Shown one piece after another: positions 7,975 through 16,887 of a DNA stretch of 59,284 nucleotides. Position 1 is the stretch's first letter, and each line of letters starts with the position of its first letter. The DNA is taken from the IMG/VR virus record IMGVR_UViG_3300037119_007415, positions 1 to 59,284 of that record; one strand, 5' to 3'. The DNA is from a virus. Its lineage: Duplodnaviria; Caudoviricetes. The notes under the pieces are model-generated. The model was given only the letters and a program-made list of their open reading frames with translations. It ran no database searches and was not told where the DNA came from. A program made the translations under genes and the position numbers.

Positions 7975-8307
7975 TCACGCTGCCGTGAACGGAACGAACT
8001 CGGGGATCTCGTCGTTGTTCACCCACGCCGGGAGGATCACTCCCCGGTGAATCGCCCGGCCGTATAGCTGCCCGTGCGCCTGCACGTGACAGATGAAGCA
8101 CACGTGAAGACCGTTGACCGGCGTCGACGGCCCGCCCTGTGATGCGAGCTTCCGGTGGTGCTTGTGTTCCCCGATCCCACGACAGGCCTCAGAAAGCCGA
8201 GCCTCGCAGCGACCACGGCTCCGGGCCTCGATGGCGCGGGCGACGGCTGGCGGCCACTCAGACGCCGTTGTGTGGGGTCTGACGGGAAGGCGTCGACGTC
8301 GAGCCAT
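7975..8307 (-). CDS. HNH endonuclease-like protein
   Basis: RSRGRCE...C....EHKHHRK..SQGG.....NGLHVCFICH...H. Confidence 0.8.
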   Translation of the reverse strand: MARRRRLPVRPHTTASEWPPAVARAIEARSRGRCEARLSEACRGIGEHKHHRKLASQGGPSTPVNGLHVCFICHVQAHGQLYGRAIHRGVILPAWVNNDEIPEFVPFTAA

Positions 8308-9029
8308 CAGAACGTCTCCTTGTCGGCGGGGCGGGCCATCCCGTCGATGTCGACGACCGTGGGCGGGGCCTCGCCGAGGAGACGCGCCGCGGCGAGGTCC
8401 GAGTGTGACGGGGTCCCGTCGTCTCGAAACGCACGCCACCACGCGACGCCCGCGGGGCTCCATCGGTCGCACGCCAGGGCGGCACGTTCGGGCCAGCCGC
8501 AGAAGTCGACGGGACACGTGAACCACCACGCCGGGACCGGCTCGTCATGCACGAGCACGATCGGCTCGCCCTCCTTGTTCCGGCCGTGCTTCTCCTGCCG
8601 CGTGAAGCCGTACGCCGTCACCTCGGAGTGATCGTGCTCGGCGCACAACGGACACGCGTCGACGTTCATCCCGACGTGCCGGTGCGCGGACTTCTCGCGC
8701 GCCCGCTTCTGGATCAGCCGCCGTAGTCGGATCTCTCGACGTCCGACGTCGGTGATCTCGGGCATGTCCTTCGCCGCGCGCAACGCCCGCTTCTCCTCGG
8801 CCTCTCGCCGGAGCCGGTCGCGCACGACATGCACCGCGGCCTCGAACTCGTGCGGCGTCGGGACGAAGTCGATGGACGTGGCGAGCATCGCCACCGCCTC
8901 GATCGACTCCTCGCCCGTGAACGACACGAGATAACGAAGCCACCAGTCCTCGTGCTCCTCGGTCCACTTCCCGCGCCACGGCACCAGCTGCATCGCGCCG
9001 AGGATCTTCGCTGCCTCTCGCCTGTTCAC
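8307..9029 (-). CDS. Replicative helicase loader/inhibitor-like (G39P-like) protein with Cys/His-rich C-terminus
   Basis: MNRREAAKIL...W...L.......AV........F.PTP.E pattern; directly downstream of the initiator. Confidence 0.6.
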   Translation of the reverse strand: MNRREAAKILGAMQLVPWRGKWTEEHEDWWLRYLVSFTGEESIEAVAMLATSIDFVPTPHEFEAAVHVVRDRLRREAEEKRALRAAKDMPEITDVGRREIRLRRLIQKRAREKSAHRHVGMNVDACPLCAEHDHSEVTAYGFTRQEKHGRNKEGEPIVLVHDEPVPAWWFTCPVDFCGWPERAALACDRWSPAGVAWWRAFRDDGTPSHSDLAAARLLGEAPPTVVDIDGMARPADKETF

Positions 9030-9817
9030 TTCAAGCCCTCCGCTCGTTTCATCAGTCGTTCGGTGTTTGATACGAAGCCCGCGCCGACGGGCCTCGTCGA
9101 CTTCCCGTCCCGTGTCGGCATCGGCTCGTCGTTCCAACCGTCGCGGTTCAGCCACGTCGTCGGGTGTGGGATGAACTGTGTCTCGGGCAGGTTCGGATCG
9201 GCGGCGAGCATGACGGCCCCGGCGACGATGTCACTGACCGGTGCCCGATTCCGCGCGTGCTCGAATGCGACCTGCGCCTTCCGCTTCCCGACACGCCGCG
9301 GGTACACGAGCCAGAACTGATCGAAGGCCTCGCCCATCGACGGGACCGTGACGTTGAGGCTCAACGACGGCGACGAGAGCACGGGCACGCTCACGGAGTG
9401 AGCATGTGTGTTGTCTCCTTCGTTCATCTCTTGTTCTCTCTCAACAGATAGAACATCGCGCGATTCCGCGCGATGTGTTCGCGCGACGTCGCGCGGTGCA
9501 TCGCGCGATTCCGCGCGTTGCATTTCGCGTATCGCGGCCTCGCCGACCCTGTAGGCCAGGGTCCGGTCGCGCCGGTCCTGCCCGACGTGTTCGGCGTCGA
9601 GCATCCCGGTTTCCCGAAGCCGCTTCAACGCCCGATGCACCTGTGATTGTGAGAGCCCGGTGGTGCGAGCCCACCGCTCGTACGAGCCGACGGCCCAGCC
9701 GTCGACACGAGCCCAGTAGTGCACCTGTTGGATCACGATGGCGTCGAGCGGGCCGAACAGAGCGACCATCTCGGCCGACACGACGATCGGTTTCGCACCG
9801 AACAACATGCCGCTCAT
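9026..9817 (-). CDS. Phage replication initiator (replisome organizer-like)
   Basis: N-terminal wHTH (SYERWARTTGLSQSQVHRALKRLRETG); C-terminal FDQFWLVYPRRVGKRKA...FIPHPTTWLNRDGWNDE. Confidence 0.85.
   Translation of the reverse strand: MSGMLFGAKPIVVSAEMVALFGPLDAIVIQQVHYWARVDGWAVGSYERWARTTGLSQSQVHRALKRLRETGMLDAEHVGQDRRDRTLAYRVGEAAIREMQRAESRDAPRDVARTHRAESRDVLSVEREQEMNEGDNTHAHSVSVPVLSSPSLSLNVTVPSMGEAFDQFWLVYPRRVGKRKAQVAFEHARNRAPVSDIVAGAVMLAADPNLPETQFIPHPTTWLNRDGWNDEPMPTRDGKSTRPVGAGFVSNTERLMKRAEGLK
9423..9538. repeat. Putative replication origin (iterons plus A/T-richer tract) within the initiator gene
   Basis: CATCGCGCGATTCCGCGCG at 9454-9472 and 9499-9517 plus degenerate TCGCGCG copies, next to TTCATCTCTTGTTCTCTCTCAACAGATAGAA. 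Confidence 0.65.
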
Positions 9818-9884
9818 GGCGTGGTGCCGTTCGTTGACGTGGGTAGGGTGTTGTTCATCGGTGGATCCTTCCTGTCGATGTAAT

Positions 9885-9918
9885 GACGGCTCGGCCCTTG
9901 CGTGAGGGCCGAGCCGTC
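9885..9918 (-). terminator. Hairpin downstream of erf
   Basis: 14-bp perfect stem GACGGCTCGGCCCT/AGGGCCGAGCCGTC. Confidence 0.55.
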
Positions 9919-9932
9919 GCATGTTACGTCAG

Positions 9933-11063
9933 TCACGCATCGGTCGACGGAGGAGGGAATGCCTCCTCGATCAACAGCTGCGCGAGCCTCCGCTGCTTCG
10001 TCGCCAGGTTCCCGGTGCGTGTCGCCCCTCGTGCCGTCAGCGCCGCGACCACTTCCTCCTGCGTCATCGCCTTGACCGACTCGATGGTCGCCGCGATGTA
10101 GCTCCGCTTCTGCGCCTCGACGTCACTCACAGGTGCCGGCGTCTCGAACCGTGCCTCTTGCGCATCGTGCGCCGCGGCCGTCTGTTCCGCTTCGGTCGCC
10201 TCGACGGCACCGTCCCAATCTGCCGGGGGCGCGTCGGGATCGAAGTCGCCGTTCGGGAAGTCGTGCGCGTGGTCGTGGTCGGGATCGAGCCCGAACGATT
10301 CGGTGTTCTCCTCGGTCGGCACGACAGCGTCGGGACCGTCGAGGTAACGCAGCGCGTCGACGAGTTGTTGCATCGTCATGCGCGGGTTGATCGACAGGCT
10401 GTTCTCACGCATCCACGCGTTGAAGTCCCGCCGCACGTCTTCGTTGACGTCTTGGATCTTCCTGATGAGCGACGCCCGTTGCTCGGCCGTCGTCTCGGCG
10501 TCGGGGTCACGAGGCGCACCCGACGATGCGCGACGCGCCGGGCGTTGGCCCCCGTTGGTCGGACGCTCGGCGGCTTGCGCACGGGCTCCGTCGTCGTCGA
10601 CCTCCGCGGCGACACCCGCGAGTGACGACGCTTGGTAGCGGCGCTGGTACGTCAGTTCGCTGCCGACGTCCTGCGGCTGGTCGACGGCGCGCAGCCTCCA
10701 CTCAGACGACACACGGGAACCATCTTCGTGGATGAACTCCGTGATCAGGTAATGGCCGCCGTCGACACCGATGCGGTGCTCGGTGCGCTGGATCGTGGCG
10801 ATGCCTTGCGCGGCGAGCTTCGGTCGGATCTCGGCGAGGACGTCGGCGATGTCGGCATAGTCGTAGCTGTATTCGCCGCCGCTCTTCGTCGGCACCGTCG
10901 CCGTCTTGTTCTTCGGGATCGGGACGAACTCGGCCTGGGCTCGGGCGAGTGCGCCGTAGATCCCGATCGGCCCGGCGTCACCGATGAGTGCCCGCATCCA
11001 CCCCGGACGGGTCGACGCTTCGACGGGATCGTCGTCGAGATGCTGGTCGTTGTCGATGGTCAT
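9933..11063 (-). CDS. erf: ERF-family single-strand annealing protein with long acidic C-terminal extension
   Basis: ALARAQ.E...I.K......YSYDYAD.........L...G....Q, IHEDG, and PQDVGSELTYQRRY...AGVA.E.DDDG. Confidence 0.92.
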   Translation of the reverse strand: MTIDNDQHLDDDPVEASTRPGWMRALIGDAGPIGIYGALARAQAEFVPIPKNKTATVPTKSGGEYSYDYADIADVLAEIRPKLAAQGIATIQRTEHRIGVDGGHYLITEFIHEDGSRVSSEWRLRAVDQPQDVGSELTYQRRYQASSLAGVAAEVDDDGARAQAAERPTNGGQRPARRASSGAPRDPDAETTAEQRASLIRKIQDVNEDVRRDFNAWMRENSLSINPRMTMQQLVDALRYLDGPDAVVPTEENTESFGLDPDHDHAHDFPNGDFDPDAPPADWDGAVEATEAEQTAAAHDAQEARFETPAPVSDVEAQKRSYIAATIESVKAMTQEEVVAALTARGATRTGNLATKQRRLAQLLIEEAFPPPSTDA

Positions 11064-11090
11064 GGCTGGCTCCTTGTTTGTGTGAGTGCG

Positions 11091-11114
11091 TCACGTTACA
11101 CGTGTAACAATACG
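11091..11114. promoter_or_regulatory. Divergent erf/gam promoter region with perfect palindrome GTTACACGTGTAAC
   Basis: 14-bp palindrome at 11095-11108 overlapping minus-strand TAACGT. Confidence 0.6.
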
Positions 11115-11122
11115 GGACACGT

Positions 11123-11743
11123 ATGACAGTCAAGGAGGAACCGATGGCAGACGACATGCTCCCGATCGAGGCACCGCAAGGTGTCAACCTCGACCGGGAA
11201 CTCGAGCGATGGGCCGACGACGACATCGAATTGCAGACGGGCGGTGGCTGGGTCCCGACGTCGACGGCCGATGCGGAGTGGGCGGCGTTGAAGATGAAGG
11301 AGGCTCGTGACGCCTTCGCCGCCGAGGCCGAGCACGTCATCGAGTACGAGCGTCGGGTCGAGCAATGGAAGCAGCACGTCCTCGCCCCGTTGGCGCGGCG
11401 CGTCGAATACTTCGAGGACCGGCTTCGTCGCTTCGGCCTCGGGCAGCGCGCGGCAGGACTGACGAAGGGTCACGTCTACCTGCCGTCGGCGACGATCAAG
11501 ACCGTGCGCCGAGGAGGGAAGGCGAAGGACCCGAAGCTCGTGGTCGAGCGGGCCGACGCGTTGGACGCGTACGCGCGCAAGCATCAGCCCGACGCGTTGG
11601 TCGTCGACGTGAAGCTCGTGCAATGGGTCGCCGTCGACGGCAAACCGTTTGACGAGCACGGGAACCTGATCGACGGTTGCCGCATCGACACCGTCGCCGT
11701 CGAGCCCGAGGTGTTCACCGCAACAGTGGAGGTGCTGTCGTGA
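11123..11743 (+). CDS. gam: Mu Gam-like host-nuclease inhibitor / DNA end-binding protein
   Basis: AEWAALKMKE, coiled coil, W......L...VEYFE..L..F and LPSATIK. The likely start is ATG 11144, after AGGAGG. Confidence 0.7.
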   Translation: MTVKEEPMADDMLPIEAPQGVNLDRELERWADDDIELQTGGGWVPTSTADAEWAALKMKEARDAFAAEAEHVIEYERRVEQWKQHVLAPLARRVEYFEDRLRRFGLGQRAAGLTKGHVYLPSATIKTVRRGGKAKDPKLVVERADALDAYARKHQPDALVVDVKLVQWVAVDGKPFDEHGNLIDGCRIDTVAVEPEVFTATVEVLS

Positions 11744-12105
11744 AGATCCCGAACGAGTCGGTCGCCAGGCTCATCGTTCAGCGGACGTTGTCGCAGTGGC
11801 CGCAAGCGATGCGCGAGAAGTGGAACGACGAGCAGCGGGCACTCGACATCGTCGAACGAATGGGAGCGTCGGGCTGGGTCGTCGTCGACGCCCGCATGTT
11901 GGCCGTGCTCACCGAGGCGTTGCGTGCCACGTGCCGATGCAACGCACCACGAGATCCCGACGGCAAGCGCGTGCCGCACGACCGGGACTGTCCGATGTTC
12001 CCGTTCGACCGGCCGAGCTTCGAGCAGTCACAGATCGGGTTCCTCGCGTCGACGGCATCGTTCGACTCGCTCCTGGCCTCCGCCATCGAACGGGGGCGGC
12101 CATGA
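11740..12105 (+). CDS. Hypothetical protein with CxC...HxxxC
   Basis: GTGA overlap with the gam-like stop. Confidence 0.6.
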   Translation: MKIPNESVARLIVQRTLSQWPQAMREKWNDEQRALDIVERMGASGWVVVDARMLAVLTEALRATCRCNAPRDPDGKRVPHDRDCPMFPFDRPSFEQSQIGFLASTASFDSLLASAIERGRP

Positions 12106-12314
12106 ACGACGACGAAGACGTCGACGTGGTGTGGTGGATCCTGACCCGCGAGTTCAATCGGCCCGACGTCGGCCGGGGCTCACCGTCGGATATGCGGGTG
12201 TTGCCGTTGACGCCCGGCCGGTGCGCCACGTGGGCGGGACCGGCGACGGCGGCACTCGTCGTTGCCGTGCTCGCCTGGCGGATCACCAGAGGTGCACGAG
12301 CCGCGCGACGCTGA
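12102..12314 (+). CDS. Small putative membrane protein
   Basis: ATGA coupling; C-terminal hydrophobic helix. Confidence 0.5.
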   Translation: MNDDEDVDVVWWILTREFNRPDVGRGSPSDMRVLPLTPGRCATWAGPATAALVVAVLAWRITRGARAARR

Positions 12315-12384
12315 TGATCACAAGGACCGTGAGGCAGGCGGCGATGTACCAGAGGAGGTGCCGGTAGTCGTGCATCGTCGCCAT
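12283..12384 (-). CDS. Tiny single-TM protein
   Basis: MATMHDYRHLLWYIAACLTVLVIISVARLVHLW; coupled to the upstream stop. Confidence 0.5.
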   Translation of the reverse strand: MATMHDYRHLLWYIAACLTVLVIISVARLVHLW

Positions 12385-12593
12385 CAGCCCTCGCTTTCGT
12401 GCTTGTCGGCTTCCTTGTCGCCCCGACGTATCACCGGCACCGCGCCGACCAGTGCCGTCGCCACGAAGATGAGCTCTGGTCGGACCGAGTCGCGGATGAT
12501 CAACTCCCACAAGATGATCGTCACCCCGAGCACGAACAGGATGCCGTCGCGCGTCAGCCGAAGGTGCCATCGCCGCCTCCTCGTTTCGACCAT
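12384..12593 (-). CDS. Small two-TM membrane protein (holin-like candidate)
   Basis: Two hydrophobic segments with charged termini; at the end of the tail operon. Confidence 0.55.
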   Translation of the reverse strand: MVETRRRRWHLRLTRDGILFVLGVTIILWELIIRDSVRPELIFVATALVGAVPVIRRGDKEADKHESEG

Positions 12594-12605
12594 CGGACCA
12601 GCCCA

Positions 12606-13322
12606 TCACATGTGGTCGAAGTCGGGGGCGACCTCGTACAGGAACGACCACGACACGGCCACGAAGTTACCGACGGCGAGGTTGTTCGCCGCCGACGACG
12701 CGAGCCCAGCCGAGGCAAGCTGTGCCATCGACTCGACCGTCCCGCTGACACCGGCCACCCCGATCTGCCCGACGGTCTGGCCGATCCCGGTCGCGTTGGC
12801 GACTTCGAGGTCGAAGCGTGCGGGCACCGGCAACGCAATGAACAGCCGGTCACCCGGGAGTGCCGCCCCGGTCGTGAGGACAGCCCCGGCGTAGTGGACC
12901 GTGTGCGAGTCGATGAGCCGCGCCCGGCTCGTCCACAACGGATCCATCGGGACTGTCGTCGTCGCACCGGAGCTAAGCGTGGGGAGCACGTCCCGATATG
13001 GGGCGGCCTCAGCGACGGGCCATGCGAGAGCCCCGGACGGGGGCACGTACATCACGCCGACGTGCTGGCCGATCAACGGCGTGGCGACCATGCACTGCGC
13101 CCACGTCGTGCCCTGTTCGCCGGACACGCGTACCTCGACCTCCGGTGGGACACGGTCGAGCTTCAACGCCTCGACGAGCCCGGTGCGCCAGTACGTCCGC
13201 GGAGCCCCGGCGATGGCCTCGTCGTACGCGGCGGCGGCGATGGCTGCGAAGTGCGGACGCAACCGATCCATCAGGTCGACAGCGAACCGATCCAAGTCGG
13301 CCGACGTGAACTGCGTTGCCAT
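12606..13322 (-). CDS. Putative minor tail protein
   Basis: Start ATG 13322 (MATQFTSAD...); beta-rich C-terminus; position after tail genes. Confidence 0.6.
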   Translation of the reverse strand: MATQFTSADLDRFAVDLMDRLRPHFAAIAAAAYDEAIAGAPRTYWRTGLVEALKLDRVPPEVEVRVSGEQGTTWAQCMVATPLIGQHVGVMYVPPSGALAWPVAEAAPYRDVLPTLSSGATTTVPMDPLWTSRARLIDSHTVHYAGAVLTTGAALPGDRLFIALPVPARFDLEVANATGIGQTVGQIGVAGVSGTVESMAQLASAGLASSAANNLAVGNFVAVSWSFLYEVAPDFDHM

Positions 13323-16300
13323 CAGCTTTGCGTGGTCGACATCGAGCGGCTGTTCTCGATCAGCGACGCCGTGTTGACGACCTCGAAGTCGGTGCCGTGC
13401 AACGTGCGCAGCGTGTTGATGTCCGACCAGTTCCACGACGACTCCGGTCCTTGCCCGCAGAGCTTCCAGTTCGGGCCGATGTCGATCACGATTGCCCCGT
13501 ATTTCTTCAACGCGGTGGCGATGATCTTCGCCGCCGGGGCCAGGCCGTTGATGTTGACCGAGGACTTCAACCGCAGCCACGTGCCCATCTTCATCAGGTC
13601 CGAGCGGACGCCCATCGTCATGTCGGCAACGTGGTTTGCCGGCCACTCGTACTCGGCCGAGCAGTAGTCGACGGTGATCCGCGCCGCGTGCGTGATGACC
13701 CCGGCTTGGATCTCGGCGACGCGAATGATGCCGGGAGCGATGGGCATCCCGGCAGCGTCGGCTGACGTGATGCCAGGCGGGCGCATGGCGTTGGTGCGCA
13801 GATCCCACCGTGATGCTTGGCCGACGGCCCAGCCCTGCCCCGAGGGATCCGCATCCCAGAACTCATACAGCCAGTTGGGCGGCTGCACGACGATGCGGTG
13901 CTTGTCGCTGTTGGCCTCCGCCATCGCCGTGAGCGGCACCGGGTACGGCCCGGCGTCCGACTCCTGCTGCGAGTACGAGTACTTCCACACGACGATCGGA
14001 TACGCCTGTTGATTCGACGGTGCGACTTCGAGCGGCATGATCGGGTCGAGCGTCACGTCGTTCGTGTACCCGTAGCCCGAGAACTTCCCGTTGTTCGCCA
14101 TCGTCCCGTTGATCCGCGCCGTGCTGTCACCACGGACTGCCAGGCCACTGACGTCGGTGTAGAAGACGTTGTCGGCGGGGAACAACTGCACGCCGCCGAT
14201 GACCGTCGCTCCTCCCGTTGTCGGCGGCGGTGTCGTCGTCCCACCTCCGCCGCCCGACACGGTCGCGGTGACCTCGATCTCGTCGACGAGCAGGTTTCCG
14301 TACTCGCCGGTCGTCGTCAGCACCACGTGGTTCGTGCCGACGACGAGCGGGATCTTCGCCGTCGGCGTGAAGTTCTGCCACGCCCCCGAGTACGCGCCCG
14401 ACGTCGGCGGGAACGGGCCGACGGTTCCACGTGAAACATTATTGACGGCCAGATCTTTCGAGAAGCCGAACGTCTCGGGGTTCACGTACCGGACCCGAAG
14501 GTTGTAGTCGCCCGCTCCGCCCGCGGGGATCGTCACCGTGAAGTCGAGCTTGTCGCCGGGATGCCAGTCGTTGTGGATGAACCCGGACCCGACGTAGCCC
14601 GGCAGGTACGTGGCCGTCGCCGGGACCGATGTGGGGTCGGCAGCCGTGAGTGACGCCGCCTCGGCCTGCACGGTCACGGCCACGTTCGTCGGTGTCGTCC
14701 CGCCTCCGGTGTTCCCGCCGCCCGAGCCCGTCTCCAGCGTGAAGCCGACGAAGTCCAAGTCGACGCCCATCGACGCGCCCGCGGGGCACGTGAGGACCAG
14801 CGTGTTCGCTCCCGCGAGCAACGACACCGAGTACGCGAACGTGTCGCCCCAGGCGTCGTCGGTCCACACGCCCGCCGTCTTCGGGAACGACAACGCCGGG
14901 GTCTTCGCCGTGCCGTTGACCGACCATGTGCGGGAGCTCGCCGTCGACGCGTTGCCGTTGCGGTAGTGGAAGCGCAGCGTGTAGAGCCCCGCGGCTGCGG
15001 CGGTGAGCGTCAGGTTCAGCGCCTCCGGTGATTGATACCAGCGGGCCGCGTAGCCCGTGCCCGAGAACGTGCCGAGGGCAGGCGGGTTCGACGCGGCGGT
15101 GGCGAAGTACGCGCCGTCAGTCGCGGGTGCCGTCCATGATCCCGACTCGGCTTGCACGATCGTCTCGGCGCCGGTCGTCGGCGGACCTGTGCCCGTCCCG
15201 CCCGACGGCGGCGGTGTCGTGCCTCCTCCGCCCGACGCGAGTTGGAACACCTGCATCCTGTCGATGTCGGCGACCTGTCCGGCCTGGCCCGTGTCGACCT
15301 TCACCATGATCGAGTGCGTGCCCGCGGTGAGCGTGACGTCGAACGGCACCTCGGTCCATGCGTTGTCGATGTCGGTCGACGCGTTGACCGGGATCGAGAT
15401 GTTCCCGGCCTTCACGCCGTCGACGTACACGCTGCGCGGCGCGAGGCTCGGCCCCTTGTTCGCACACCGGAACTTCAACCGATGCGCGCCGCTGATGGCG
15501 ATGGCAACGTTCGGCCACGTCAACGCTTCGTCGACTGCATCCCAGCCGCCGACGTACGCGGTGGAGGAGAACCCCGGCCGGTTCGTCTTCACGTCGAACG
15601 TCGTGGTCGGCGTGCCCCCGGTCCCGCCGCCCGCCGTGTAGTTCTCGATGTTGATCTCGTCGACGTCGGGCCCGCCCCCGGCGACGTACATCAAGTCGAT
15701 GTTCCGCGCGCCCGCGGTGAGCGTGACGTTCTGGATCACTAGCTCGGTCCACGTGTTCGCTTCCCAGCCCGACGCGTTGGGTGGGATGGCGAACGGCGAG
15801 CCGACGTTGACGCCGTCGACGCGTAGCTGCCGAGTGGTCGACGCCGCCGAGGCGTCCTGCCGGTAGCGGATCTTGATGTTGTAGGCGCGGGTCGTGGGGA
15901 TCACCGTCGCGAAGCGAATGCCCTCGCCTGCCGTGAACCACGCGCCGATGTAGCCGGTCCCTCGTGCGCCGGTCGCGGTGTTGAAGAACTTGGCGATGTT
16001 GACGGCACCGAGGAGTGACGCATTCTCGGCGTGGTACGTCGGGAAGGCATCGGCGACCGTCGGCGGCGGCGTCACGGTCCCGCCTCCTGACCACATCGAC
16101 GGGATCGACACGCCCGACGTCGTGCCCCCGGCGACCGTCTCGTCACGAGGACAGCCGAGGCCGTCGGGCCCTGCGCCGAAGACGAACGTCATCGGCCGGT
16201 GCGCGCCGTTGCCCAACGGGTTCGCCACCGCCGTCGTGCCCCAACGCTGCGCAGCCGCGGGCGTGCCAGGCAACGGCCCACCGACGCACGTGTAGAACCG

Positions 16301-16732
16301 GATCGGCATCGTGTTCCCGGCCGGTCTCGAGTTGCCCGAGTCGACGGGGTCGTCACAGATGTAGCCCTTCACGCGGCCGCCGTCGGTGTACCCCGACGCG
16401 CACAGTCGTTGTGCGCCGCCTCCTCCGTAGCTGAACCCGTGAATGATCATCGAGTCGATGACGATCCCGAACAACGATTCGAGGGCTGCACGCGCGGCGG
16501 AGATGTACGCGGGTAACGACGCGGCGCCGTCGTCCCATCGGCTGTTTCCCGGCAGGCCCGAGATCGTGCCGATGGTCCCGGTCGGCGTGCGGTATTGCAC
16601 GAGCGTCCCGTAGTCGTAGCCGCCGATCGTGTAGAAGTCCGGTCCCATTGGCTGGTCGCCGTTCGATCCGAACCCTTGCTGGATCGAGCCGTTGCCCCCG
16701 GCTCCGTGCATCCCGAACACTGCGCGTGCCAT
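13322..16732 (-). CDS. Multidomain protein: alpha/beta-hydrolase, four CBM6/CBM35-like modules and an uncharacterised C-terminal domain
   Basis: HGAGG...HGFSYGG (GxSxG); repeated Y/Q-AE...G.GY...F.V......Y.L..RY.N modules joined by Gly/Thr/Pro linkers; C-terminal FPADN...GPYPVP...TSADAAG.P domain. Confidence 0.75.
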   Translation of the reverse strand: MARAVFGMHGAGGNGSIQQGFGSNGDQPMGPDFYTIGGYDYGTLVQYRTPTGTIGTISGLPGNSRWDDGAASLPAYISAARAALESLFGIVIDSMIIHGFSYGGGGAQRLCASGYTDGGRVKGYICDDPVDSGNSRPAGNTMPIRFYTCVGGPLPGTPAAAQRWGTTAVANPLGNGAHRPMTFVFGAGPDGLGCPRDETVAGGTTSGVSIPSMWSGGGTVTPPPTVADAFPTYHAENASLLGAVNIAKFFNTATGARGTGYIGAWFTAGEGIRFATVIPTTRAYNIKIRYRQDASAASTTRQLRVDGVNVGSPFAIPPNASGWEANTWTELVIQNVTLTAGARNIDLMYVAGGGPDVDEINIENYTAGGGTGGTPTTTFDVKTNRPGFSSTAYVGGWDAVDEALTWPNVAIAISGAHRLKFRCANKGPSLAPRSVYVDGVKAGNISIPVNASTDIDNAWTEVPFDVTLTAGTHSIMVKVDTGQAGQVADIDRMQVFQLASGGGGTTPPPSGGTGTGPPTTGAETIVQAESGSWTAPATDGAYFATAASNPPALGTFSGTGYAARWYQSPEALNLTLTAAAAGLYTLRFHYRNGNASTASSRTWSVNGTAKTPALSFPKTAGVWTDDAWGDTFAYSVSLLAGANTLVLTCPAGASMGVDLDFVGFTLETGSGGGNTGGGTTPTNVAVTVQAEAASLTAADPTSVPATATYLPGYVGSGFIHNDWHPGDKLDFTVTIPAGGAGDYNLRVRYVNPETFGFSKDLAVNNVSRGTVGPFPPTSGAYSGAWQNFTPTAKIPLVVGTNHVVLTTTGEYGNLLVDEIEVTATVSGGGGGTTTPPPTTGGATVIGGVQLFPADNVFYTDVSGLAVRGDSTARINGTMANNGKFSGYGYTNDVTLDPIMPLEVAPSNQQAYPIVVWKYSYSQQESDAGPYPVPLTAMAEANSDKHRIVVQPPNWLYEFWDADPSGQGWAVGQASRWDLRTNAMRPPGITSADAAGMPIAPGIIRVAEIQAGVITHAARITVDYCSAEYEWPANHVADMTMGVRSDLMKMGTWLRLKSSVNINGLAPAAKIIATALKKYGAIVIDIGPNWKLCGQGPESSWNWSDINTLRTLHGTDFEVVNTASLIENSRSMSTTQS

Positions 16733-16735
16733 CGT

Positions 16736-16876
16736 TCAGTCCTCCCGGTTGAGGTGCGGCGCGCGTGCGGCGAGCCGCTCGTCACCGTCAGGTGCCTGGA
16801 CTTCCTCGGCGCACACGTCGCACATCGTCGACCCTGGCGCCGGCACGTACATGCCGCAACGCTGGCACATCTGCAT
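16736..16876 (-). CDS. Tiny CxxC-CxxC protein
   Basis: MQMCQRCG...MCDVC; RBS GAGGAG. Confidence 0.5.
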   Translation of the reverse strand: MQMCQRCGMYVPAPGSTMCDVCAEEVQAPDGDERLAARAPHLNRED

Positions 16877-16887
16877 GACCGATCTCC

